A stretch of 64,000 nucleotides of DNA from Candidatus Enterousia sp. (lineage in GTDB: Bacteria > Pseudomonadota > Alphaproteobacteria > Rs-D84). The notes below the pieces were generated by a model. The model was not told the origin of the DNA. It was given only the letters and a program-made list of their open reading frames with translations, and searched no databases. Made by a program: the position numbers and the translations under genes. Below are positions 1 to 8,824 of the stretch, in pieces. Positions within the stretch are counted from its first letter, which is position 1. The number at the start of each line of letters is the position of its first letter. The stretch covers positions 1,223 to 65,222 of the forward strand of contig JAZSDC010000032.1 in the NCBI GenBank assembly GCA_045530935.1, read 5' to 3'.

Positions 1-1
1 T

Positions 2-679
2 GTGTCAGGTATACCTTTGGCAGGCGCAGAAGTAAATTCTGAAACGCATGACAATAATAGTGTGTCGGGTGGTAATAATGTTGAATTGTCTGCGTCAATC
101 ACTCAAAAACAGGAAGAGTTGACCGCTTTGAATAACAAGTCTAAGAATTTGGGTAATTGGCGTACTGGATCAATGGCTGTTGGTACGGTTGCGAATATTG
201 CAGGGGCTGCTATTGCAGGTAATAATCGTGTCAAGGGTGATTTGAAAGAGCAAATAAACGCTTGTTTGGCAGCAGTTAAAGAATTATCAAATTCACGCAT
301 GCAGGCACGTATGTCTGGGGCGACGGATGCAGAATTAAAACGCGCCGAAGAAATTGTGCGTGCGTGTGAAGAATGGTCTACTGTTGATTTGGGCAGTATT
401 AATTCGCGGGCATCGGGTGCGGCTGTGTCCAGTGGTGTCGGTGCAACATTGGGATTGGCAGGAACGGTAACCAGCGCAATGGCAAATACAAACAAAACAC
501 GCGATGATAATACAGATTCTGGAAAGAAAAAGGAAAAGGGGTTGAATGTGGCGTCTAATGTGTTGGCGGGTGGTACAACAATCGCGTCTGGGGTTGCCAC
601 AGTTTTCAATGCAACACAGATAAGGGCGATTAAACGTGCAGTAACAGTTGCAGATAAGTGTGAAGAGGTATTGAAATGA
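2..679 (+). CDS. secreted alpha-helical protein with a Gly-rich hydrophobic helical hairpin (5' end outside the window); paralog of 41287..42123
   Basis: The ORF is open to the window edge. The C-terminal ~150 aa align with the 41287..42123 product (INACLAAVKELSNSRMQARMSG vs INNCKTAVNDLSRSRTQAHISG; GVGATLGLAGTVTSAMANT vs GIGATIGLAGTITSALANT). The stop overlaps the next start (ATGA). Confidence 0.8.
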   Translation: MSGIPLAGAEVNSETHDNNSVSGGNNVELSASITQKQEELTALNNKSKNLGNWRTGSMAVGTVANIAGAAIAGNNRVKGDLKEQINACLAAVKELSNSRMQARMSGATDAELKRAEEIVRACEEWSTVDLGSINSRASGAAVSSGVGATLGLAGTVTSAMANTNKTRDDNTDSGKKKEKGLNVASNVLAGGTTIASGVATVFNATQIRAIKRAVTVADKCEEVLK

Positions 680-2802
680 TAAAAAGATTTTTTCCTTTAA
701 CTTATATTTTGGGAATGTTCTTTTTGCCTGTGGGGTTATATGCAGATTCGGATCAGAATGCGATTTATATGAATGGACCAAGTTATCAAAATATCACAAA
801 TGTAGGAATGTTGGGTGATGATGGTGCCTGGGGGGATGGACAGTGGAATCTTAAAAATACGTGGTCGTATGCGGCACTGGGTGATGCAATGGACGAATTT
901 TATAATAAATGTTCAAGGGTGGATATAAATCAATTGGTTGAGTTTAGTAATTGGTTGCATGGTCTTGGGGCGACAGCTTCGTTAAAAGAATTGGCAGAAA
1001 AGTGTGTCGATATTGAAGGGTTTAAAAACAACGAAATTATAAGAGGATATAAGGATGAAAGTAGAGGAATAACGTATGAGTGTGCGTTGCCTGATGCCGA
1101 GGCGGCGACGTGTAATTCATCTGGGTGTGGTGAAAGACAGTATACGAAAGTACTTGCAAGAAATGAAAATAAGGCATGTGATATATTTTTATCTACGTTT
1201 ATACAAAGACATAATCATATTGCAGAGAATATTAGTAATAGACCAGGAACATATGTTGAAGAGGTTGCGCCAGGTGTGTACAAGGTGGTCGATGTTGTCT
1301 TGGCGCCGGGGTATTATATACCAATGCCGGGTGTTGTAGCAGGAAGAATTAATCAGGCAGTGAATACGAGTCCTGAATATACAAAGGTGTATAAATTAGT
1401 TGGTGGTCGCCGGGTTAAGCCAGCCTCAAATGGGACGGGGGTTGTTTTCTTGGGTGAAAATGATACAGATGAAAATGCCTATGTTTTAGCCCCAGGTACA
1501 GTTCACGAGATTCCGGGTTTACATACATGGACCAATGATATGTTTTTAAATGTGGATTCTAGGGATAGTAATCGTGGTGTTTTGAATGATAGTTATATTT
1601 GTACCCAAAGTGATGTTACAACGGTTATATATCAGATGTTTAATCGTGATCGTGGAAGTTTAAACTATACAATAAATGCAGGGGCGTCTTTATTGCCGGC
1701 AACTTGGAGAGAAGTTGGGTTAGCAGTTGAGTCAGCAGTTGGGCCATCATTAACTACTTCGGGAGTAGTTGGGCCAGCAGTTGGGCCATCATTAACTGCT
1801 TATGTTGGTCTTTTTGATACAAAAAGAACTTTGCATGAATTTTGCAGTGTTTCAGGGCAGTCAGAGGTAGGTTCGCATACCAATGGTGTAATGTTCGAAG
1901 GGAAAATTGCGAATTTGGAATGGTTGGGGCATTACCTTTATGGGATGATACGTTCCGAGATTGCATTGGTTAGTCCAGAAACAGCAGATGAAATTGTTTC
2001 ATTGTTAGAAGATTCTTCAAATGGAAATAGTACAGGTGAATCAGAAAAACATCAGGCAGCAGCATCTATGGGGGCGCAAAGTCAAAGTGTGGTTAGTTCG
2101 GAAATGAATCGTATTTTTTCTAACACGCAGTTTGATACACCACGGGATGCAGTTTGTTATTTTATGAAGTATTCTAAAGAGAAGGTTTGGCCAAATTTAA
2201 CTGTACCAGAAATACGTTCCTTGGAATGTTTTAATAATTGTAATACGTCACTTGCGGCGCAAGATGTTGTAACATGCTTGTATCATAAAGAAGAGGAGGG
2301 GGTTTCGCCAGAATATTGGTTGCCAGTAAGACAAGAGTATGTGGTTGACGATGTCGCAAATGGGGTGTTTGATAATTGCGAGTCTTTGCTTTTGAATGCG
2401 CATCAATGTGATATAACTTATTCTGTGCCCCAAAATCAGGAAGAGGCTTTGGTTGATGAGGAACCTGTTTTAGAAGATGTAACACAAAATCAGGATGCGA
2501 CTGCGATGACAATGGACAGAACCTTTGCAGATGCGATTTTTGATACTGTGGACCAGGCACTTTGCGCGACAATAGATGATGTTTGGAATAACAAAGGCTG
2601 GAATGACCGGGCATCAGGACATAAAGAAAAAATTAAATGTTTTTATAATTGTAATAATAATGATACACATGTTGTTACATGTGCGTATGGTGGGGAAAAC
2701 CTTGCAGAATGGACCGGCGGGACATATGTGTACGCGGTTGGGAATATCACAAATGAAGTGTGCGAAAACATTACAAAAAATGTAGCAGATTGTGGTATTT
2801 GA
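676..2802 (+). CDS. 708-aa secreted cysteine-rich protein, no recognised family
   Basis: Long ORF with a signal peptide (MIKRFFPLTYILGMFFLPVGLYA). Many Cys residues and a duplicated C-terminal CF(N/Y)NCN..VVTC module. A terminator follows. Confidence 0.85.
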   Translation: MIKRFFPLTYILGMFFLPVGLYADSDQNAIYMNGPSYQNITNVGMLGDDGAWGDGQWNLKNTWSYAALGDAMDEFYNKCSRVDINQLVEFSNWLHGLGATASLKELAEKCVDIEGFKNNEIIRGYKDESRGITYECALPDAEAATCNSSGCGERQYTKVLARNENKACDIFLSTFIQRHNHIAENISNRPGTYVEEVAPGVYKVVDVVLAPGYYIPMPGVVAGRINQAVNTSPEYTKVYKLVGGRRVKPASNGTGVVFLGENDTDENAYVLAPGTVHEIPGLHTWTNDMFLNVDSRDSNRGVLNDSYICTQSDVTTVIYQMFNRDRGSLNYTINAGASLLPATWREVGLAVESAVGPSLTTSGVVGPAVGPSLTAYVGLFDTKRTLHEFCSVSGQSEVGSHTNGVMFEGKIANLEWLGHYLYGMIRSEIALVSPETADEIVSLLEDSSNGNSTGESEKHQAAASMGAQSQSVVSSEMNRIFSNTQFDTPRDAVCYFMKYSKEKVWPNLTVPEIRSLECFNNCNTSLAAQDVVTCLYHKEEEGVSPEYWLPVRQEYVVDDVANGVFDNCESLLLNAHQCDITYSVPQNQEEALVDEEPVLEDVTQNQDATAMTMDRTFADAIFDTVDQALCATIDDVWNNKGWNDRASGHKEKIKCFYNCNNNDTHVVTCAYGGENLAEWTGGTYVYAVGNITNEVCENITKNVADCGI

Positions 2803-2813
2803 TAGAGTAAAAC

Positions 2814-2842
2814 AAAAACCCGCAAATGCGGGTTTCGTTTTT
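2814..2842. terminator. bidirectional rho-independent terminator
   Basis: aaacccgc-aaat-gcgggttt hairpin flanked by A-run and T-run, between convergent genes. Confidence 0.8.
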
Positions 2843-3233
2843 ATCGTTCATTTTCACGGCGTTTTGCCAAAACTAAACCCGCGCCACCAAGTGCGATTGC
2901 GCCTGCGATACCGCCTGCTGTAATCGCGCCATATGTCAGGTATGGAGATGCGGCATATCTTTCCAGTTCGCAATCTTGTTCATAGCCATTTACAATCTTC
3001 GAGGAATAGTAATATTTGTGTTCTTTTGGCGTGTCAAAACAGAATGCTGTTTCAAAGCGATTTTTCAATGAATAATCACTGCCCAGGCGTTCGTCACCCA
3101 AATATTTTATGCCATGCACGCCTAGACCCATCAGCGAGATGACAACTGTTGTTGTCAATGCACCACTTAATGCGCCCAATGTTCCATATTTTACAGTACT
3201 TGCTGCACGTTTAAACATGTTTCGTTTACTCAT
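2841..3233 (-). CDS. small membrane protein with glycine-zipper TM segments
   Basis: 130-aa ORF. N-terminal (GTLGALSGALTTTVVISLMGLGV) and C-terminal (AITAGGIAGAIALGGAGLVLA) hydrophobic Gly-rich helices. Confidence 0.7.
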   Translation of the reverse strand: MSKRNMFKRAASTVKYGTLGALSGALTTTVVISLMGLGVHGIKYLGDERLGSDYSLKNRFETAFCFDTPKEHKYYYSSKIVNGYEQDCELERYAASPYLTYGAITAGGIAGAIALGGAGLVLAKRRENER

Positions 3234-3315
3234 AATTCTGTCTCCTTTTTTATTTCGTTACAAACCAATCACTATTTATATAGTACAAAAAATAAAAAAG
3301 TCAATACAGGAGCAG

Positions 3316-5163
3316 TTATTTTGTTTTTTCTGTCTGTAGGACAAAACGTTTGTTTTTCGCCTGGTTCAGTATTCGATCATGTTTTAATAATGCGATACTG
3401 CGGTTAGATAAATCGATTCGCAGGCCTTCGGCTGTGTCGATAATGTTTTTTGCATGGATTTGATAGCCGCTAAATTTCTGGGTTCCCAGGGTAATTCGAG
3501 AACGAATTGACGTGTCATATATCATCCATATTGGTGATTGCGGTAATTCGGAATTGTTTGTTACAATGCCGTAAACCCCCAATAGAGCACCGTCTTGTAA
3601 TAATTTTATACGTGTGCCAAAGTGATTAGTTAATACTTTCTGGCCATTAATATATACATTATTATATGTGCCCATAAGGTTCGATTTGATGTGTTCAACA
3701 TAAACAGGAATTTCGTTAAAATTTGATTGGGGTTTTTTGTCGTTTTTCTGGCCTGAAATTATGGTTGTTTTTTTTGTGCTTGTGGCCGATTTAATTAGGC
3801 GCTCAGGAGCCTCGGACAGCATTTTTTCGATTGTTGCATTTTGTGCTTCATTGTTGTCGCAACTGTCCAGAACCAGCAGTGGGTGTACGCTGACGTTGCC
3901 TATGTCGTCAATTAATACGGTTTCTCTTTTTATTTGATTGGCCATAATTTTTGTGTGGTCTGTTGGGATAGATATCGTTTTTATCGCGGATTTATCAGTA
4001 GAAATACGCCATATCGGTTGCGCTGAATCGCGATACTTTTTTATGTGCATGTTATTTGTTAATGTGTCATACGAAATAATTGCGGCGCCTGACTTGCTTT
4101 CCGGGATAAATTCACCGGTGGTGTAATCTATTATGTGCAAGGCAAATTTGGTGGAATCAATTGTTTTGCGAATCACAGCCAGCTTGGTTTTTGTGTTAAT
4201 CAGACATACTTCATAAGGTTGTGCGCCACCGATTAGCAATTTTTCATTGGTCTTTCCATCATTAAAGTACAGTGTGTATTTGCCGCAGGTTGATGGAACA
4301 GAGTATATTGGAAACAGTCTTTGGGCTGATTGTTTTGTGGGAATAACAGGTTCTTTTTTGTGTGTTCTGTGTTTTCCGGTAAATTTCATCGTTTCAGGAT
4401 CGTATCCAGGAAATGCTGCTGCTAATGCTGTGTTTAATGATTGTTCAATTGGCATGTTGTGTGTGATACGGTAATGATATGCTGCGCGCAGGTTTTGTGT
4501 GGGTGCGTCTGACCAATCTTCACGAATAGTTGTTTTCCTGGGGGCTGCGCTTTTCTCTTCCAGGGCGGTTATGATTTCGTTTGGGATGTCCAGATTGCGT
4601 CTTTTGCGATAATGTACAGCCGTTTGTAATTGTTTTTTTGTCATTTTAGACCAATCTGTTCCTTGGGATATAAATGTATCTGTTGTGGCGTCATAGTTTG
4701 GAAAATGTTCTTGCAGTGCGGCAATCAGTTCCGGTTCAAGTGGTTTTTTGGCGGCGTGTCGATTGTGGCGTGCAGATTTTAATTGTGCATCAGTTGCTGT
4801 TGACCAGTCGGTTATTTTGTTGCTGCGACGTGTTATTGTGTGGGTTTGTGGATCGTATGTTGGAAAGCGGTCTATTAATGCGTCTGATAATTCTAGTTCA
4901 ATTTCTTGACCATTTCTGCGACGATGATTTAATGCGCTGTACAGCGCTGCATTTGATTTTTTCGACCAATTTACCTTGTCGCGTTTTGATGTTGTTTGGG
5001 GTAGGGCTGATTTGCTGGATGACGATGTGTTTTTTCTGACAATTTCATAAATGATTTTTTCGGATATTGCGACAGTCAGATCATTTATGCAGCTTTTTAA
5101 ATTTTCAATGGCTTTTTGTATTTTTTCATCTTCTGTTAATTTGGTCTTTTTTTGATATGTCAT
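3316..5163 (-). CDS. 615-aa cytoplasmic protein with four ~50-aa tandem repeats (DWS..L..A.H.R..AL...FP.YD..T), no recognised family
   Basis: Long ORF with no signal peptide. The repeats are visible in the translation at residues ~64-265. Confidence 0.85.
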   Translation of the reverse strand: MTYQKKTKLTEDEKIQKAIENLKSCINDLTVAISEKIIYEIVRKNTSSSSKSALPQTTSKRDKVNWSKKSNAALYSALNHRRRNGQEIELELSDALIDRFPTYDPQTHTITRRSNKITDWSTATDAQLKSARHNRHAAKKPLEPELIAALQEHFPNYDATTDTFISQGTDWSKMTKKQLQTAVHYRKRRNLDIPNEIITALEEKSAAPRKTTIREDWSDAPTQNLRAAYHYRITHNMPIEQSLNTALAAAFPGYDPETMKFTGKHRTHKKEPVIPTKQSAQRLFPIYSVPSTCGKYTLYFNDGKTNEKLLIGGAQPYEVCLINTKTKLAVIRKTIDSTKFALHIIDYTTGEFIPESKSGAAIISYDTLTNNMHIKKYRDSAQPIWRISTDKSAIKTISIPTDHTKIMANQIKRETVLIDDIGNVSVHPLLVLDSCDNNEAQNATIEKMLSEAPERLIKSATSTKKTTIISGQKNDKKPQSNFNEIPVYVEHIKSNLMGTYNNVYINGQKVLTNHFGTRIKLLQDGALLGVYGIVTNNSELPQSPIWMIYDTSIRSRITLGTQKFSGYQIHAKNIIDTAEGLRIDLSNRSIALLKHDRILNQAKNKRFVLQTEKTK

Positions 5164-5193
5164 CTAGATAACCTTTTTTTGATTTTTTTCTGT

Positions 5194-5201
5194 CCCCCCC
5201 C
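5194..5201. repeat. homopolymer C8 (G8 on the minus strand), 30 nt upstream of the 3316..5163 start
   Basis: Counted directly: tgt-cccccccc-ttgg. Confidence 0.9.
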
Positions 5202-5219
5202 TTGGTACATTTCTTTTTG

Positions 5220-7031
5220 TTATTTTTTCTTTTTGTTGTTTTCTGTTTTAAATTGAATGTCGCGCAGTTTTTTGTATTCTCCGTCCAATTTACATAACTC
5301 GGCATCTGTGCCCATTTCAACAATTTCGCCGTTTTTAATAACACAGATTATGTCCGCGTCCAGAATTGTTGACAGGCGGTGCGCGATAACAAATGTTGTG
5401 CGTCCTCGCATTAATTCGTTCAGGGCAGATTGGATTAACTTCTCGCTTTCTGTGTCTAGCGCAGATGTCGCTTCGTCCAGTAACAGGATAGGCGCATCCT
5501 TTAATATTGCGCGTGCGATTGCGATGCGTTGTTTTTGACCGCCGGACAGCATGCCGCCACCTTCGCCGACAGATGTATTATATCCGTCTGGAAATTCGTT
5601 GATAAAGCCATCGGCGTTTGCCGCGCGGGCGGCAGCTACAACCATTTCATGGGTTGCTTCGGGGTTGCCGTATTTTATGTTGTCTTCAATAGAGCCGTTA
5701 AATAAGAATACGGATTGTGAAACCTCGGCAATGTTTTGGCGTAGAGATTTTAGCGTGAATTTGCGAATGTCTGTTTTGTTGATTGTTACTTTGCCCTGTT
5801 GTGGGTTATAGAATCGTTCTAACAGGTTGAACAGTGTTGTTTTGCCACCACCAGATGGACCGACCAATGCGCATACTTTGCCCGCCGGCACATTCAGGTT
5901 CAGATTTTTGATAACAGGTTCATTTGGATTATATGCAAATGATACATCATGGAATCCAACAGACATATTTTTTGCTGTTAATTCGCGTGCATCAGGTGCG
6001 TCTGTGATATCGGGTTTGCTGTCCAGGAAGTCAAACAGGATTTCTGCCGCCAACAGACCATGCTGCAATGTGTCGCCAGTGCCGGTAATGCTTTTTGCGG
6101 GTTTGTATGCCGCCGTCAGTGCCAACAAGAATGCGGTAAAATCACCAGTTGTGATTGCGCCACTGGAAATAAAGTGGCCACCCATAATCATCGCAATACA
6201 CAGACCAATTGAAATCATAAATTCCATCAGTGGGGAACGCAGGGCGTTGGCCTGGGTGCTTTTATATGCGTTGATAACAGAAGAGTTTAAAACGCGTGCG
6301 AAGTTTTTTTCTTCGCGTTCTTCGGCAGCAAATGCCTGGATGGTTTTAATGCCATGCAGGGTTTGGTTTAATTGTTGTGATACATTATTTGCAATGCCGA
6401 ATGATTGGCGTGATAATTTGCGGCGTTTGCGCATGATTGCAACCATTGGAATCATAATTGCAGGTGCCAGGAACATTAACACAATGCACATCTGATGTGC
6501 GTAATAGAACATTAACGCCAATGTCATGATTAATGTGGCGACGTTTTGTACAACCTTGATCACGGTGCCGGTCACCAGGTTTAATACCGCGCCAGCCTGG
6601 ACGCCGAAATAGTTCAGATTTTTACCAATGCCGTCACCATAGAAACGCGCCAGGTTCATGTGGGTCATGTGACGGTAAATCTTTTTCTGCAGGTTTGCGC
6701 TGGCCAAGAGTCCCCCCTTGGACATAATTAATGCCTTGGCATATGTAAATGCGCCCTTGGCACCAAAAGCGACGATAACCTGAATCCCCAGCCAATAGAT
6801 GGCGTTCATACTTTTTTCAATAAAGGCCTTGTCCACAACCTGTTGTACCAGGGTGATGGTATAAGCCTCGGCCCCGGCGGCCAGGATGGTAAATATTATG
6901 CCGGCGGCCAGCCATTTCCAATATGGTGCACCAACTTCGCGCCAGACGCGCCCATACAGTGACCATTTAATACGACCGTTTGATTCATCGCCTTTGATAA
7001 AGGACTTTATTTTATTAGATATTTTTTTCAT
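5220..7031 (-). CDS. msbA: ABC exporter, fused permease/ATPase, MsbA-like lipid A flippase
   Basis: Six-TM exporter domain plus NBD. Walker A GPSGGGKTT, signature LSGGQKQRIAIARA, Walker B ILLLDEATSALD. Confidence 0.85.
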   Translation of the reverse strand: MKKISNKIKSFIKGDESNGRIKWSLYGRVWREVGAPYWKWLAAGIIFTILAAGAEAYTITLVQQVVDKAFIEKSMNAIYWLGIQVIVAFGAKGAFTYAKALIMSKGGLLASANLQKKIYRHMTHMNLARFYGDGIGKNLNYFGVQAGAVLNLVTGTVIKVVQNVATLIMTLALMFYYAHQMCIVLMFLAPAIMIPMVAIMRKRRKLSRQSFGIANNVSQQLNQTLHGIKTIQAFAAEEREEKNFARVLNSSVINAYKSTQANALRSPLMEFMISIGLCIAMIMGGHFISSGAITTGDFTAFLLALTAAYKPAKSITGTGDTLQHGLLAAEILFDFLDSKPDITDAPDARELTAKNMSVGFHDVSFAYNPNEPVIKNLNLNVPAGKVCALVGPSGGGKTTLFNLLERFYNPQQGKVTINKTDIRKFTLKSLRQNIAEVSQSVFLFNGSIEDNIKYGNPEATHEMVVAAARAANADGFINEFPDGYNTSVGEGGGMLSGGQKQRIAIARAILKDAPILLLDEATSALDTESEKLIQSALNELMRGRTTFVIAHRLSTILDADIICVIKNGEIVEMGTDAELCKLDGEYKKLRDIQFKTENNKKKK

Positions 7032-7083
7032 AGCGTTTGTATTATAAAGCCTGTATGGGGGGCGTGTAAAGCCCTAAAAATGT

Positions 7084-8193
7084 TTATTTAGTATTGGTTA
7101 GTGCATTTGTTAGTATGAATTTTAGAAATGCGTCACGCTCTTCTTCGCTCATCTTTTTTATATCTATTTCTTCTGTGCTGCCGAAAAGTGTAGATATTGA
7201 TTTCTCTGGAAATGCTGCCGTTAGTTTTTGGTGTATATTTAGCAGGTATTCTGGGCATTGCGTGAAGTTTACAATGTGTTGATTGTGTACCGCAAAAATT
7301 GGTGTAAATGGTTTTTTGCTGGAATTGTCAATAACGATTGCGTAGCTTTCTGTTAGTAAAACATCACCCATTGTTTGCATTTTGTCATGATAACGTTCAA
7401 ATATTATTGGTTGTGGTATATCGTGTCCGCCATTGCTGACGCGGTGTTGAACACGGGCGACACTTAATTCTGGACATAATACACACATGTGTAAAACATA
7501 TATTTGATAATTGTTTTTTTCGGCCAGTTGCTTCATACGTTTGCCAGAGCATGTCGTTTCAAATATTATATTTTGGGATTCCTTAAATGCTTGGTTGATG
7601 TGTTGGCGCATGTTTATCGCGGCTTCGCGGTAAATGCGATTGTTTAAAATCCCCAGTTTTTGATGGTATTTGTTTTTGATGATTGTTTTCTTTACCTTGG
7701 GGTTATGGACCAGTTGTTGATATTTTGGATACCAGCTTTGGCCGGATGCTTTTGCATTTATGCGTTCGTTGACATTTTTTCCCCCGATTTTTTTCATAAG
7801 ATCGGCTGTCGAGAAAATATCATTTTCTATATCGTTCATGTTATCGGGAGGGCTGATTAATGCACGGTATTGATCATACCAATATTTATTGTTTTCTGGT
7901 TGGTGAATTCGGGTAATTATATTGCCACCAACCTGGTCCATTTGCTTTTTAAAACGAGTCGCAGTGTCGATATTTACTTGATCTATCTGGATTTGCATTT
8001 CTTGTGCAATGGTTTCGTATTGCACGGAATATTCAGGTAAGTGTTTTAAATTGGCGATTTCGTCATCGTAATTTAAAAATGTTACGCCAGACAGTGCCGG
8101 TGTTTGAGTCATTATGGTGTTTCGGAATGTGGTTTTCCCGGCACCATTTGGGCCAGATACAATTATGATGTATGGTTTTTTTGCTTGTGTCAT
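7084..8193 (-). CDS. zeta-toxin/COG4185-like P-loop kinase with a ~150-aa internal insertion
   Basis: Walker A GPNGAGKTT, then FLNYDDEIA. Much later come FETTCSGK and RVQHRVSNGGHDIP, which are the conserved blocks of the zeta-toxin-like ATPase family. Confidence 0.7.
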   Translation of the reverse strand: MTQAKKPYIIIVSGPNGAGKTTFRNTIMTQTPALSGVTFLNYDDEIANLKHLPEYSVQYETIAQEMQIQIDQVNIDTATRFKKQMDQVGGNIITRIHQPENNKYWYDQYRALISPPDNMNDIENDIFSTADLMKKIGGKNVNERINAKASGQSWYPKYQQLVHNPKVKKTIIKNKYHQKLGILNNRIYREAAINMRQHINQAFKESQNIIFETTCSGKRMKQLAEKNNYQIYVLHMCVLCPELSVARVQHRVSNGGHDIPQPIIFERYHDKMQTMGDVLLTESYAIVIDNSSKKPFTPIFAVHNQHIVNFTQCPEYLLNIHQKLTAAFPEKSISTLFGSTEEIDIKKMSEEERDAFLKFILTNALTNTK

Positions 8194-8281
8194 ACTGTTT
8201 AACTCTTATAAATTTATTTTGTAAATATTTTATACAAAATATTCTTATTGTCAACAAAATGTTAGAGAAATAAATTTTCTG

Positions 8282-8310
8282 TTGACATTGGGTTAAAAAA
8301 TGTATAAAAT
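8282..8310 (+). promoter_or_regulatory. sigma70-type promoter for tRNA-Ala
   Basis: TTGACA (8282..8287), 17-nt spacer, TAAAAT (8305..8310), about 35 nt upstream of the tRNA. Confidence 0.6.
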
Positions 8311-8343
8311 CACTTCGCTTTCATGATGAAGGTGCAAAGTTTT

Positions 8344-8419
8344 GGGGTTGTAGCTCAGTTGGTAGAGCACCTGCTTTGCAAGCAGGGGGTCGTCAGTTCG
8401 AGTCTGATCAGCTCCACCA
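8344..8419 (+). tRNA. tRNA-Ala (anticodon TGC)
   Basis: 76-nt cloverleaf. Acceptor GGGGTTG/CAGCTCC with G3:U70, anticodon loop TTTGCAA, T-loop GTTCGAG, encoded CCA. Confidence 0.95.
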
Positions 8420-8423
8420 AGAC

Positions 8424-8456
8424 AAAGAGGGAAGGGGACGCAAGTCCCTTTCTTTG
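8424..8456 (+). terminator. hairpin / probable terminator after tRNA-Ala
   Basis: gggac-gcaa-gtccc core with extended imperfect stem, followed by a T-rich tract. Confidence 0.5.
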
Positions 8457-8496
8457 GTTAATAATTAAGATAATGCGTTAAAGGGGGTGAATACAT

Positions 8497-8703
8497 ATGG
8501 TTAAAGTTCTGGTTCGCGATAACAACGTTGAACAGGCACTGCGCGTTGCAAAACGTAAATCGCAGAAAGAAGGTCTGTACCGCGAAATGAAAGAACGTCA
8601 GCGTTATGAAAAACCAACAACAAAACGCAAACGTTTGAAAGAAGAAGCCGTTCGCAACGAAAAGAAACGTCAATCGAAACAGCGTATGGTTTTCGGATTC
8701 TAA
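8497..8703 (+). CDS. rpsU: 30S ribosomal protein S21
   Basis: 68 aa, [40 protein letters not shown], typical S21. A GGGGG SD lies upstream. Confidence 0.95.
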   Translation: MVKVLVRDNNVEQALRVAKRKSQKEGLYREMKERQRYEKPTTKRKRLKEEAVRNEKKRQSKQRMVFGF

Positions 8704-8711
8704 GAGTGAAA

Positions 8712-8742
8712 AGAATCCCCCACTTTGGTGGGGGATTTTTAA
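8712..8742 (+). terminator. rho-independent terminator of rpsU
   Basis: aatccccca-cttt-ggtgggggatt followed by a T-run. Confidence 0.85.
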
Positions 8743-8824
8743 TTCGTTTTGTGTGGTGTTTTTTCTGCTTTACTCTGTTTAAGAAAAATCGTATAATAAC
8801 AGAAAGAAAAGAAGGAATTTTTAT

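Noticed and set aside
103-609. Long antisense or shifted-frame ORFs overlapping confident genes. Examples: 103..609-, 5827..6495+, 8501..9022-, 9851..10483-, 16911..17804-, 19562..20080-, 25633..26112+, 41084..41878+, 58935..59756+.
   Set aside because: Each lies entirely inside a gene with clear family motifs or a better signal-peptide/SD context on the other strand. Their translations are low-complexity or Cys/His/Arg-rich shadow sequences with no start signals.
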